From: an uncultured virus (IMG/VR IMGVR_UViG_3300047160_023228)
Taxonomy: Duplodnaviria; Heunggongvirae; Uroviricota; Caudoviricetes
DNA length: 64,000 bases
Virus record (IMG/VR): IMGVR_UViG_3300047160_023228
Strand: one strand, 5' to 3'
Shown: one piece after another, positions 1 to 10,686 of the stretch
Numbering within the stretch: position 1 is the first letter of the stretch
Layout: every line of letters begins with the position of its first letter
Position numbers and translations under genes: made by a program
Notes under the pieces: generated by a model
Told to the model about the DNA's origin: nothing
What the model saw: the letters and a program-made list of their open reading frames with translations, nothing else
Database searches by the model: none

Positions 1-422
1 GCGCCGCAGAAATCTTTAAACAGCTTCCACTGCTCGGCAAGGCGCGATTCGTGCGAGCCGCGATCGAGAAATCGCCCGGCAGCTTCATACAGCAGCGGTA
101 GCTTGCGCTGTTCCACCTCTTCAAAGTTGACCGGGCCGCCGCGGCCGGCCAATCCCGCTATCCGGTCGCCGTCGATCCAGCCCCAGTCCGACAGGAATTC
201 CAGGCTGATGAGATAAGGGTTGCCCGCAAACGCCGACGACCCCGCATACGGAGAGTTGCCAAATCCCGTAGGGCACAGGGGCAGCACCTGCCACACGTGC
301 TGTTTGGCTTCGGCGAGAAAGCCCAAAAAATCGTAGGCCGCCGGTCCGAGGTCGCCGATGCCTCCGTAAGACGGCAGCGAGCTTACGTGCAGAAGTACGC
401 CGGAGGAGCGCTGGAAATCCAT
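1..422 (-). CDS. malQ: 4-alpha-glucanotransferase (GH77), 5' part, runs off window
   Basis: Hand translation from ATG 422: MDFQRSSGVLLHVSSLPSYGGIGDLG...WQVLPLCPTGFGNSPY...SAFAGNP, the typical amylomaltase N-terminus; absent from the ORF track. Confidence 0.92.
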   Translation of the reverse strand, partial: MDFQRSSGVLLHVSSLPSYGGIGDLGPAAYDFLGFLAEAKQHVWQVLPLCPTGFGNSPYAGSSAFAGNPYLISLEFLSDWGWIDGDRIAGLAGRGGPVNFEEVEQRKLPLLYEAAGRFLDRGSHESRLAEQWKLFKDFCG

Positions 423-447
423 GGTCCTATTATCCGATGCCAAAAAC

Positions 448-483
448 AGGGAACGAGGGACCAGGGGATCAAGCGACCAAGGC
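448..483. repeat. degenerate heptamer tandem repeats (GGGACCA-like)
   Basis: cagggaacgagggaccaggggatcaagcgaccaagg between divergent genes. Confidence 0.45.
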
Positions 484-539
484 TACAATGTGGGGTGACT
501 CAATTTCCTTCTAATTCAGCTTCGCAGGGGTACGTTGCC

Positions 540-3212
540 GTGCTTAAGCGCTTCTATGTCGCCATGTTAATGTTATCGATCCCAACCTTGCTGGCTGCGG
601 CTGTTCCCGCCGGCGCGCCCCTGCCGCAGGTACTCTCGGCCGGATGGTCGTTGCAGGATGTCGCCAAAGTGCCTGAGCCCGGCGCTCGGGTCTCCTCGGC
701 GCACTTCAAGACCAAGGGCTGGTACGCGGCCACGGTGCCGGGCACGGTGCTCGCGACGCTGGTCAACAACCGCGTTTATCCTGAGCCGCTCTATGGCGAG
801 AACAATCGGCCGGAAACCATTCCGGACAGCCTCTGCCGCACTTCGTACTGGTACCGCACTGAAGTAAAGATCCCAAAGGAATATCGCGGTCAGCACATCT
901 GGCTCAACTTCGACGGGATCAATTACTCATCGGCGATTTGGGTCAATGGCACGCAGGTTGGCGTCACCCGCGGCGCTTTCATTCGCGGCAAATTCGACAT
1001 TTCCGCCAACGTACGGCCGGGCAAGAAAGCCGTCATCGCCGTGCTCGTGGCGCCGCAGCCGCACCCCGGCGAGCCCCACGAACACACGCTGCGCGCCGGC
1101 ATGGGATTGAACGGCGGCATTACCGCCATCGACGGGCCCACGTTCCTTTCCACCATCGGATGGGACTGGGTGCCCGCCATTCGCGATCGCGACACGGGCA
1201 TCTGGCGCAAGGCTTATCTATCGGCCACCGGTCCGGTCCTGGTGAAGGATCCCCTCGTCACCACCGATCTGCCGCTGCCCAGCACCGATTCTTCCGACGT
1301 GGCCGTGCAGGCGACCGTGGAGAACGTCACCGATCAGCCGCAGAAGGGCGTTTTGAAAGGAACGATCGAAAACATCGCCTTCGAGCAGCCGGTTGAAATC
1401 GCCCCACACAGCACTCAGAAGATCGCCTTCGACAAAACAACAACGCCGGCGCTGCATATCGAACATCCGCGCTTGTGGTGGCCGAACGGCTACGGTCCGC
1501 AGAACCTCTACAAGCTGCATTTGAGCTTTGAGGCAAATAGTGCGCCCTCCGACACGCAGGATGTCACCTTCGGCGTTCGCAAAATCACCTACTCCGTGCC
1601 CGATTCCGAAAACCTCACCATCTCTGTGAACGGCGCGCGGGTCTTCATTCGCGGCGGCAATTGGGGACTGGACGAAGGCCTCAAGCGCATTCCGCGCGAG
1701 CGCCTCGACGCCGAAATCCGCATGCATCAGATCGCGCACCTGAACCTCATCCGCAACTGGGTGGGCCAGAGCACGAACGAGGATTTCTACGAGCTCTGCG
1801 ACAAGTACGGCATTCTCCTTTGGGATGAGTTCTTCCAGCCCAACCCCAGCGACGGACCCGACCCCACGGACCTCGACACGTACATGGCCAACGTGCGCGA
1901 CAAGATTCTGCACTTCCGCAATCACCCATCCATCGCGGTTTGGTGCGCGCGCAACGAAGGTTTCCCGCCCAAAGAGATCGACGACCGCCTGCGCGTGCTC
2001 ATGGCCGAGCTTGAGCCCACGCGCCGCTACCAGCCCAGTTCGACCTCGGGCGCCGGAGTGCGCTCGAACGGGCCGTACAACTGGCGCACGCCGCGTGAGT
2101 TCTACAAGATCACCGACGACTTTTTCAAGACTGAGACCGGCAGCATGTCGGTGCCCACGCTCGAATCCATCCACGGCATGATGCCCCAGAAGGATTGGGA
2201 GACCATCACCGATGCCTGGGCCGAGCACGATTTCGCAAAAGGCGCGCAGCGCGGCGATCTCTATCCGGCCATCGTCGCAAGCCGCTATGGAAAGGTGCGC
2301 AACCTTGCCGACTTTGTGCGCAAGGCGCAGTTGATGAATTACGAAGCGTTCCGTGCCATGTACGAGGGCCGCAACGCGCAACTGTTTCATCCCACCACGG
2401 CGATCATTACCTGGATGAGCCACCCCGCGCAGCCGAGCTTCGTGTGGCAGCTCTATCACCACGACATGGAGCCGAATGCTTCGTTGTTTGCGGTCCGCAG
2501 CGCGGGCGAAATGGTGCACATCCAGTTCAATGAAGAAAACGGCGAACTGCAGGTCGTCAACAACCTGCCCGATGCGTTTACCGGCGGAACCGCGCACCTC
2601 GCCATCTATAACCTGGATGGCAAGGTCGCCTACGAGCAAGACGCCGCGGTAAACGCACCGGCGGCAACGGCGGTCAGCCTCGGAGCGGTCGATTTCCCTG
2701 CGCAATTGTCCGGTGTCCACTTCATCAAGGCCGACCTGAAGGACGCGGCAGGCAAGCTGGTATCGACCAACCTCTACTGGCGCGCCGTGCCCGAGCACCA
2801 GGACGATCTCACTGACCTGAACAAGCTCCCTGCGGTGATACTGGAGTCACAAGTATCGCGCACAAATGCAGACGGCAAATGCAAAATCACCGTGACCCTC
2901 AAGAACACGTCCTCGAGCGTCGCTTTGATGGCGCACCTGCAGCTGCGGCGGAAGAAGTCAGGCGACCGCATGCTGCCGGTATTTTACGACGCCAATTATG
3001 TTTCGCTCGTCCCCGGCGAACAGCGGGACGTCACCATAGAAGCCGATGAAAGCCAACTGAACGGCGAAGATGCCCTGGTGATGGTGGATGGCTGGAACAC
3101 CACTGTCGCTCCGGCATCGTCGAAGGGCGTCGCGATCGCGTCGAATGTCGACGCGCAACCCGTCCACTCCCCCGAAACCGGCCTGCCCTTCCAGACCGAA
3201 GGGCTTCGCTAG
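540..3212 (+). CDS. secreted GH2 glycoside hydrolase (exo-beta-glucosaminidase/beta-mannosidase-like)
   Basis: Signal peptide after GTG 540; GWDW..IRDRDTGIW, NHPSIAVWCARNE, ETG motifs; the ORF-track start at 297 overlaps malQ. Confidence 0.88.
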   Translation: MLKRFYVAMLMLSIPTLLAAAVPAGAPLPQVLSAGWSLQDVAKVPEPGARVSSAHFKTKGWYAATVPGTVLATLVNNRVYPEPLYGENNRPETIPDSLCRTSYWYRTEVKIPKEYRGQHIWLNFDGINYSSAIWVNGTQVGVTRGAFIRGKFDISANVRPGKKAVIAVLVAPQPHPGEPHEHTLRAGMGLNGGITAIDGPTFLSTIGWDWVPAIRDRDTGIWRKAYLSATGPVLVKDPLVTTDLPLPSTDSSDVAVQATVENVTDQPQKGVLKGTIENIAFEQPVEIAPHSTQKIAFDKTTTPALHIEHPRLWWPNGYGPQNLYKLHLSFEANSAPSDTQDVTFGVRKITYSVPDSENLTISVNGARVFIRGGNWGLDEGLKRIPRERLDAEIRMHQIAHLNLIRNWVGQSTNEDFYELCDKYGILLWDEFFQPNPSDGPDPTDLDTYMANVRDKILHFRNHPSIAVWCARNEGFPPKEIDDRLRVLMAELEPTRRYQPSSTSGAGVRSNGPYNWRTPREFYKITDDFFKTETGSMSVPTLESIHGMMPQKDWETITDAWAEHDFAKGAQRGDLYPAIVASRYGKVRNLADFVRKAQLMNYEAFRAMYEGRNAQLFHPTTAIITWMSHPAQPSFVWQLYHHDMEPNASLFAVRSAGEMVHIQFNEENGELQVVNNLPDAFTGGTAHLAIYNLDGKVAYEQDAAVNAPAATAVSLGAVDFPAQLSGVHFIKADLKDAAGKLVSTNLYWRAVPEHQDDLTDLNKLPAVILESQVSRTNADGKCKITVTLKNTSSSVALMAHLQLRRKKSGDRMLPVFYDANYVSLVPGEQRDVTIEADESQLNGEDALVMVDGWNTTVAPASSKGVAIASNVDAQPVHSPETGLPFQTEGLR

Positions 3213-3234
3213 CACGCCACGTTCTAACGAGCTT

Positions 3235-3278
3235 CCGTGCCCCATCCTCGCGACTTCTTTCTGTCGCGAGGGTGGGAA
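3235..3278. repeat. REP-like palindrome
   Basis: ccgtgccccatcctcgcgac-ttctttct-gtcgcgagggtggga hairpin just after the stop codon. Confidence 0.6.
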
Positions 3279-3525
3279 ACCACCAACGTCCACGCCTTCT
3301 CCAACCTCCGTTGAACCAAATCCCTCCCCGCCTCGTATCACATCCCATACATGCGTCGCCGCCCGCAACCTTCGTGTTCATTTATGGACAGGCGATTCGG
3401 ATTCGAACGAAACCCTGCCCACCCTCCCCATTCAGCGCGCTGATTCCACAAGGATTAGGGGCCGAACATTTGGCGGGGCAAGTGCAACCTGACTTCTCAT
3501 TCCGGATCGTGCAAGGGGAATCCGT

Positions 3526-6018
3526 ATGCAAAAACTGCGCTTCGATCTTCGCGTCGTCCTGCGGCAACTGGCCAAGTCACCCGGGTTCGCGATTACGGCA
3601 GTGCTGATGCTCGCTCTGGGCATCGGCGCCACGACGGCCATCTTTTCCATCGTTGAAGCAGTGCTGCTGCGGCCTCTTCCCTTCCCCGATTCCGAACGCC
3701 TGATGACCCTCTCCGACCGGCTGGAAGGCGTAAACCTTGGCGGTAATAACCAGGTGGGCGTCACCGCTCCGGACATCAAGGCCTACTCGCGCGACACGCA
3801 CGGGTTCACGGCAACGGGCGGATACCAGCCGTCCGGATGGGAAATGTCAGGAAACGGCGAGCCGGCGCAGGTGAATGGCTCCAGGCTCACGGCTGGCGTG
3901 TTCGCCGCGCTGGGCGTGCAGCCGCTCATGGGACGAGTCTTTACCGCGGATGATGTCGAGCACAGCCAGCAAGTGGCCGTCCTCAGCTATGGAACGTGGG
4001 TGCGGCGCTTCCACAGCGATCCGCGGATTCTCGGCCAAAAGGTCCAGCTCGATCGCAAGGCATACGAGATCGTCGGCGTGATGCCGCGGAACTTCGAGTT
4101 CCCGCTCATCTCCGGACAACTGAACCGCTCGGAGTTGTGGGTTCCGATGAGTTGGAGGCCCGACGAAATTGCGCCCGTTGCGGCGGCCAACTGGAGCTAC
4201 GGAATGGTGGGCCGCCTTAAACCGGGCTGGTCCGCCAAACAGGCCCAGGACGATATGGACGTGGTTTCCCGTCAGATCATGGCCAACTTCCCGCCCATGA
4301 TCGCCAACCTGCACATCAGCGCGATGGTGTTCCCGCTGCGGCAGGATGCTACGGACCAGGCCCGTCCCTTGCTCCGCACGCTGTTTCTGGCTGTCGCCGT
4401 GGTTCTGCTCATCGCATGCGTCAACCTGGCGGGGCTGATGCTGGTGCGGGCCATCCGCCGGCAGCGCGAGATCGCGGTGCGGCTGGCGCTTGGCGCCAAG
4501 GCCGGCGCGCTTCTCAGGCAGGCCATCCTGGAAGCGCTGGTATTGAGCTTCAGCGGCGGCGCGCTCGGCCTTATCCTGGCGGCGGTGGCCCTCCGCACTG
4601 GCAAGAGCATGCTCCCTGAGAGCCTCCCCCGCGTCAGCGAGATCGGGTTGAACTGGAGCGTGGTGGGATTCGCCCTTGCCCTGGGCGTGATCACAGGCCT
4701 GGTGTGCGGGCTGGTTCCGGCCTTCGCGGCTTTGCGCACCAACGTGAGCGGAAACCTCAAGGAAGGCGGGCGTGGCGGTTCGGAAGGCGGCGGCCATGCG
4801 CGCCTCCGCTCGACGTTAGTGGTTGCGGAAATCGCCATCGCACTGGTTCTGCTCGCCGCGTCGTGCCTGCTTCTGCGCAGCTTCGAAAAGATGCGGTCCG
4901 TCGATCTCGGCTATCGGCCCCAGAACGTGACCACCGGCTCCTATGGGCTGCCGCAAAAACAATATTCAAAACAGTCGCAGGTGGATGAGTTCAATCGCGA
5001 GGTGCTGCAGCGGCTGAATGCCCTCCCCGGAGTCACGGCCACGGGTATGACGACGCAGCTCCCTTCCAGCGGCATCAACAACAATCAGACCTTTGTCGTG
5101 GAAGGATACACGCCTCCCAAGGGCGGGGACATGAACCTCGCGACCGTATCCTTCGTGCAGGGAAACTTCTTCACAGCAATGGGCATTCCGCTGCGGCGCG
5201 GACGGTTGTTCACCGATTCAGACCGGCACGGGGCGCAACTTGTCCTGATCGTCAATCATGAGCTTGCGCAGCATTTCTGGCCCGGCCAGGACCCGGTTGG
5301 AAAGCATATCCGCATCGGAACGCCGGAAATGCAAACGCCATGGATAACGGTAGTGGGTGAAGTGGCCGACGTTAAGCTCACCTCGCCCGATCAGCCCGCG
5401 ACCAAGCAGTATTACCTCCCCGTGGATCAAACGGCCGATGATGTCGGCGCCCTGGCCTCGCCAACCGATCTGAACGGGAATGGCGGATTCTTCGTGCTGC
5501 GCTCGATGCTGCCCCCGGAACATATGGAAAACGCGCTTCGGTCGGTGGTCCGGTCGCTCGATCCTCTTCTGCCTTTGAACCAGGTGCAGACGATGGAGCA
5601 GGCCGTTTCGCAAAGCGAGGCCCCGCGGCGCTTCAATACAGTGCTGATCGGCAGCTTCGCGGGTGCCGCGCTGCTGCTCGCAGTGTTGGGCATTTACAGC
5701 GTCATCGCGTTTTCGGTGGCGTCGCGCGTTCAGGAAATGGCCATCCGCATGGCGCTGGGCTCGCAGCGGGGAGCCATCGTCAAGCTGGTGCTGCAGTCGG
5801 GGGCAAAACTCGCCGTCGTCGGCTGCATCCTCGGGCTGGGCGGGGCCGCTGCCGCTTCCACGATTATGAAATCGATGCTGTTCAGCGTAAGCCCGTTCGA
5901 CCCGATTGCTCTTTCCGCGGCCGCTGTCGGAGTCATGCTGCTTGCGCTCGTTGCCACCGTGTTGCCGGCCTTCCGCGCCGCTTCCATCGATCCCATGCGG
6001 GCCCTGCGATCGGAATAA
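3526..6018 (+). CDS. MacB/FtsX-like duplicated ABC permease (ADOP family)
   Basis: LALGIGATTAIFS, LLIACVNLAGL..R.REIAVRLALGA, two FtsX/periplasmic halves, DPMRALRSE C-terminus. Confidence 0.92.
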   Translation: MQKLRFDLRVVLRQLAKSPGFAITAVLMLALGIGATTAIFSIVEAVLLRPLPFPDSERLMTLSDRLEGVNLGGNNQVGVTAPDIKAYSRDTHGFTATGGYQPSGWEMSGNGEPAQVNGSRLTAGVFAALGVQPLMGRVFTADDVEHSQQVAVLSYGTWVRRFHSDPRILGQKVQLDRKAYEIVGVMPRNFEFPLISGQLNRSELWVPMSWRPDEIAPVAAANWSYGMVGRLKPGWSAKQAQDDMDVVSRQIMANFPPMIANLHISAMVFPLRQDATDQARPLLRTLFLAVAVVLLIACVNLAGLMLVRAIRRQREIAVRLALGAKAGALLRQAILEALVLSFSGGALGLILAAVALRTGKSMLPESLPRVSEIGLNWSVVGFALALGVITGLVCGLVPAFAALRTNVSGNLKEGGRGGSEGGGHARLRSTLVVAEIAIALVLLAASCLLLRSFEKMRSVDLGYRPQNVTTGSYGLPQKQYSKQSQVDEFNREVLQRLNALPGVTATGMTTQLPSSGINNNQTFVVEGYTPPKGGDMNLATVSFVQGNFFTAMGIPLRRGRLFTDSDRHGAQLVLIVNHELAQHFWPGQDPVGKHIRIGTPEMQTPWITVVGEVADVKLTSPDQPATKQYYLPVDQTADDVGALASPTDLNGNGGFFVLRSMLPPEHMENALRSVVRSLDPLLPLNQVQTMEQAVSQSEAPRRFNTVLIGSFAGAALLLAVLGIYSVIAFSVASRVQEMAIRMALGSQRGAIVKLVLQSGAKLAVVGCILGLGGAAAASTIMKSMLFSVSPFDPIALSAAAVGVMLLALVATVLPAFRAASIDPMRALRSE

Positions 6019-6118
6019 CCGCGTGCCGGTGGCTCTGCTTCCGGAGGGAGCGCCAAAGCTAGCCCAAGGTGGACCCTGAGCCTGGTCGAAGGGGAAACCT
6101 TGGACTACAGAAAACCAG

Positions 6119-6752
6119 AGTTACTGTATCCCGAAGTCACTACATTTGAGTCGGAGCGACCAGCAGGACCGGGGTCCCCGCAGAAAGGTCTTCGTCTGCG
6201 GGGTGTAGCGAGCGCCGACCTTGACCAAAACCCGACTCTGGTTTTGCTCTAGTGTCCTGAGTCTAAAGTTCGCACCAGAAAAACTGCCGTCATCCTGAGC
6301 GAAGTTTGGCCGTTTTACGGCCAAACGCAGTCGAAGGACCTGTATCTACTTCTGTGACGAATTAGGACTCACCACACTAGGTCTCATAAATCCGCTTTGA
6401 AAGGGCACGGCTTTAGCCGTGCCGCAAGACTCCCCTCAAGACCGTGGGCTTTAGTGTCTGCATGAGAACTGGACGAAAGGGCCAACTTGCTAACTCGCTA
6501 TGTCGCGAAGCGACGCTAACTTGCTGTTTTTGTCTTAAAACCGATTCCTTTCCTGTTCCCGGATGCCAACCCGCGAGTTCTCACGCAGACTCTTTAGCCC
6601 CTGAGGGATGTCTTTGGCGGATGGCACGGTATTTATGAGATGACTTCTAGGGTCCTGTCGCTGTGAGGGCGTTACTGTGCATTGATCTTTAAACAGCGTG
6701 TCATCCTGAGCGAAGTTGATCGCGAAGCGATCAACGCAGTCGAAGGATCTGC
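6119..6752. repeat. cluster of several REP-like elements
   Basis: gtcatcctgagcgaag...cgcagtcgaagga at ~6289 and ~6700; ggcacggctttagccgtgcc at ~6404; ccccgcaga..tctgcgggg at ~6176; element shared with 60937. Confidence 0.75.
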
Positions 6753-6927
6753 AGTTGCTCTTCTACGATGTTGGTAATGAATTCTCTGCGACAGCGCCAT
6801 CCAGTCCCTGTGCTTTAGGCTCTTTCATCCAGGGAAGTCTTACACTATGATGTCCTGATACAAATCGTTCCCCCGCAGAGCAACAAGTGAAATCGGAATT
6901 CAGAAAACTGAAGTCAGGAGGTCCACC

Positions 6928-7344
6928 ATGACTCGGTTCAATGTTTTCGGAGTGACACTTTTGGCGGCGGCATCAATGCTGTCGTTGGTGCTATTCGGTA
7001 CATCGCGAGTTAGAGCTTCTGCACAATCAGATGATGACAATTCCTCCTTCGCCGCCAACCTTGCGTTCGGAGATGATCAGGTCACGAGCAACCGCTTCAC
7101 AGTGCGCGCGTTTGTGCCAACCGGCAGCTTGGATACAAACTGTCTGGCAACGCTGTCTGAGTCAAACAACGCGACGCCGGGCATAACTGTATTCTGCGCT
7201 CCGCGCGAGTTCCAAGGCCAGAAAGGAATACTATTCTCGGCCTTCTTTCCACAGCCAATACCATCCGGCCTGTTCCTCAGTGCCACGGTCCATCAGGACC
7301 ACGCACGTGGATACGGCGCCCCCGTATTCTATCCCGGAACTTAA
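6928..7344 (+). CDS. hypothetical secreted protein
   Basis: AGGAGG RBS, signal peptide (…RASA|Q). Confidence 0.7.
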   Translation: MTRFNVFGVTLLAAASMLSLVLFGTSRVRASAQSDDDNSSFAANLAFGDDQVTSNRFTVRAFVPTGSLDTNCLATLSESNNATPGITVFCAPREFQGQKGILFSAFFPQPIPSGLFLSATVHQDHARGYGAPVFYPGT

Positions 7345-7731
7345 TCAGGAATGGACGGCGCCGGCATGCGGTCTGCATGCCGGTTTGCCCGAGTGTGGTT
7401 GTTCTCTAAAAAGATCAGGTCCACCGTATTGGCGGCATGCAGCTGCCTGAGAAATTTTTGCGCATTATTTAATCGAAATTGTCACAATAGAGTTGTGACA
7501 GCAAGGCCGAGTCCTGCGCAGCCATGCTGCCGGCCGTTCGCTGTTTCAGGAAAATCGCAAAAAACGCGGTTTGAAAGCCAAAAAACGCAGTTTCAACCCA
7601 CGTTTTTTGCTCGTATATTGATTTGTTTCTGGGGGTTGGGGCACAAAATCGATCTGCCCCCTCCCCCTTCCACTGCCCTCCGATGCAAAGGTGATTCAAA
7701 TCACAGGCAGATCGCTTCGCAGAACTGGCCC

Positions 7732-8737
<1,006 letters not shown>

Positions 8738-8794
8738 TAAAAGGAACGGCCGCACTGGCCCGCCTCGCACCTCGCAAAGCCGGCCCGCGCCGCA

Positions 8795-9853
8795 TTACTC
8801 GGATTTGAGCGAGGCCATATCGATAGAGAACCGGTACTTCACGTCGGACCGGGCGAGGCGCTCGTACGCTTCATTGAGTTTTTGGATGGGAATGACCTCG
8901 ACGTCGCTCGTAATGTTGTTTTGAGCGCAGAACTCGAGCATTTCCTGGGTTTCGGCAATGCCGCCAATCAACGATCCTGAGAAACTGCGCCGCCGGAACA
9001 ATAATCCGAACACGCCAATCGGCAGCGGAGCCGCGGGCGCGCCGACCATCGTAAGATTCCCGTCACGGGCCAGCATATTGATGTAGGTGTTGATGTCGTG
9101 TTCGGCGGCGACCGCGTCGAGAATGAAATCGAAACTTCCGGCGTGCTTTGCCATTTCGTTCGCGTCGCGCGAGAGAACAACCTCATCTGCTCCGAGCCGA
9201 AGAGCGTCGTCCTTCTTGCTGGGCGAAGTCGTGAAAACGACCGTGTGCGCGCCAAGTGCATGCGCGAACTTGACCGCCATGTGGCCCAGCCCGCCCAGGC
9301 CCACCACACCCACCTTCTTGCCCTTGGTCACGCCCCAGTGGCGCATAGGCGAGTAGGTAGTGATGCCCGCACAGAGCAGCGGCGCGGCGCCAGCAAGGTT
9401 CAGGTTGCCGGGCACGCGCAACACAAAGTGCTCGTCTACCACAATCGAATCGGAGTAGCCGCCGTACGTCACCTTCCCGGTGTGCTTATCGGGAAAGTTG
9501 TAGGTCAGCGTCATGTTCGGGCAGAACTGCTCGAGTCCCGCCTTGCACTCCGGACAGGTACGGTCCGTGTCGACCATGCAGCCCACGGCGGCGAGGTCGC
9601 CCGGCTTAAATTTGTTGACAGCGGAGCCGACCTTGGTCACGCGGCCGACAATCTCGTGGCCCGGGACGCAGGGATACACCGTCGGCATCATGCCGGACCA
9701 TTCATTGCGGGCCTGGTGCAGATCGGAGTGGCATATGCCGCAGAACAGAATCTCAATCTGAACGTCGTGCTCGTTAGGATCGCGGCGAGGAATGGTGGTT
9801 GAAGCGAACTGTGAAGTCGGACTTGAAACGGAATAGGCTTTCGCGTTGTACAT
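8795..9853 (-). CDS. Zn-dependent NAD(P) alcohol dehydrogenase (YahK/AdhC-like)
   Basis: CGICHSD, GHE, GCMVD..C..C..C, GLGGLG motifs. Confidence 0.95.
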   Translation of the reverse strand: MYNAKAYSVSSPTSQFASTTIPRRDPNEHDVQIEILFCGICHSDLHQARNEWSGMMPTVYPCVPGHEIVGRVTKVGSAVNKFKPGDLAAVGCMVDTDRTCPECKAGLEQFCPNMTLTYNFPDKHTGKVTYGGYSDSIVVDEHFVLRVPGNLNLAGAAPLLCAGITTYSPMRHWGVTKGKKVGVVGLGGLGHMAVKFAHALGAHTVVFTTSPSKKDDALRLGADEVVLSRDANEMAKHAGSFDFILDAVAAEHDINTYINMLARDGNLTMVGAPAAPLPIGVFGLLFRRRSFSGSLIGGIAETQEMLEFCAQNNITSDVEVIPIQKLNEAYERLARSDVKYRFSIDMASLKSE

Positions 9854-10104
9854 AAAATCACCTTTGCGCTTAAGATGTGCAAAATGGGCGAGAACCGTCA
9901 GCCCTGCCTGCCTGAATGGACCTTAACACCCGTGGCCGCGCTTAATGTGACCGCCGCGGTTTGTGCTGCAGACGCGCCGGACTCAAATTAGGTTAAGCCT
10001 AAGGAACGCGGGGTGTCCTGCGATACTCCGATCCTGCCTGTTTATTGCCTATTCCTGCCGACCGACAGATTTTTGGGGTGTTGTTCAGGAAGGATGAAAA
10101 AGGC

Positions 10105-10162
10105 TGGCGGACGAGGCGGGAATCGAACCCACAACCCCCGGCTTAGAAGGCCGGTGCTCTAT
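10105..10162 (-). pseudogene. displaced 3' part of host tRNA-Arg(UCU) at the left attachment site
   Basis: Minus strand ATAGAGCACCGGC-CTTCTAA-GCCGG-GGGTT-GTGGG-TTCGATT-CCCGC-CTCGTCC-GCCA; no tRNA 5' end upstream. Confidence 0.9.
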
Positions 10163-10297
10163 GAAGTTTCAGCCGGTGCTCTGAACACTTGCTGATTTCT
10201 TTCGAGCTTGGAGCGTCTGGCAACGCTTCTGTGTGGTTGTGTTTCCCGAACCGGGGCTGCAACCCCGATTCGTGTCCTATAGTGAAACACTCCGCCT
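10163..10297 (-). ncRNA. putative structured RNA of the left phage arm (5' part of an att-spanning tRNA-like/antisense RNA)
   Basis: Hairpins GUGUUU/GGACAC, GAAUCGGGG/CCCCGGUUC, AGCGU/ACGCU; 5' AGGCGGAG complementary to CUCCGCCU-ACCA in the right arm; boxes antisense to 52771-52795. Confidence 0.5.
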
Positions 10298-10387
10298 CCG
10301 CGCGTATGTGACGGGGAGCACAAAGTAACGTGACGCGCGGATTACTAGAGTCCTACGAAAATTGCAAGCGGAATCACGCCCCAATTG

Positions 10388-10573
10388 TTACTCTTCTGGT
10401 TCCTTCCCGCGGGGTGTGCGGTGGCTCACCAACTTGGAGTCACAAGTATAGCGGATGCAATAACGGATTGCGTTGGTCAGATCAAAGCCCTCCTGTTCCG
10501 CTAACTTCTGTAAATCCTTATACATTGCTGGAGCCAGGCCCAGGTTGATCCGTTTGCGTGTCATTGTCGCCAT
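10388..10573 (-). CDS. ribbon-helix-helix (CopG/Arc-like) DNA-binding protein
   Basis: RKRINLGLAPAMYKDLQKLAEQEGFDLTNAIRYCIR: alternating beta-strand plus two helices; divergent from the integrase. Confidence 0.7.
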   Translation of the reverse strand: MATMTRKRINLGLAPAMYKDLQKLAEQEGFDLTNAIRYCIRYTCDSKLVSHRTPRGKEPEE

Positions 10574-10686
10574 CGTACGGCCATCCCCAGGCACCGTGCG
10601 GTGTCGGCAATAACACCGCGATGACACAAAAGTGTGCATCGCATTGTGCCCCACATCACTTTCAACCCCATTGGTAATGAGGAAAG

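Noticed and set aside
297..539. N-terminal extension of the GH2 ORF
   Set aside because: Overlaps malQ on the opposite strand; the signal peptide starts at 540
1218..2798. Long antisense ORFs (also 7351-8652, 25798-27207, 30693-32096, 33365-34930, 56087-57877)
   Set aside because: Shadows of real genes in GC-rich DNA; no motifs
6040..6800. Possible CRISPR array
   Set aside because: Repeats are heterogeneous palindromes without regular spacers; no cas genes
10132..10297. tmRNA
   Set aside because: No GGGG 5' end or Ala identity pair, no tag frame recognised, too short
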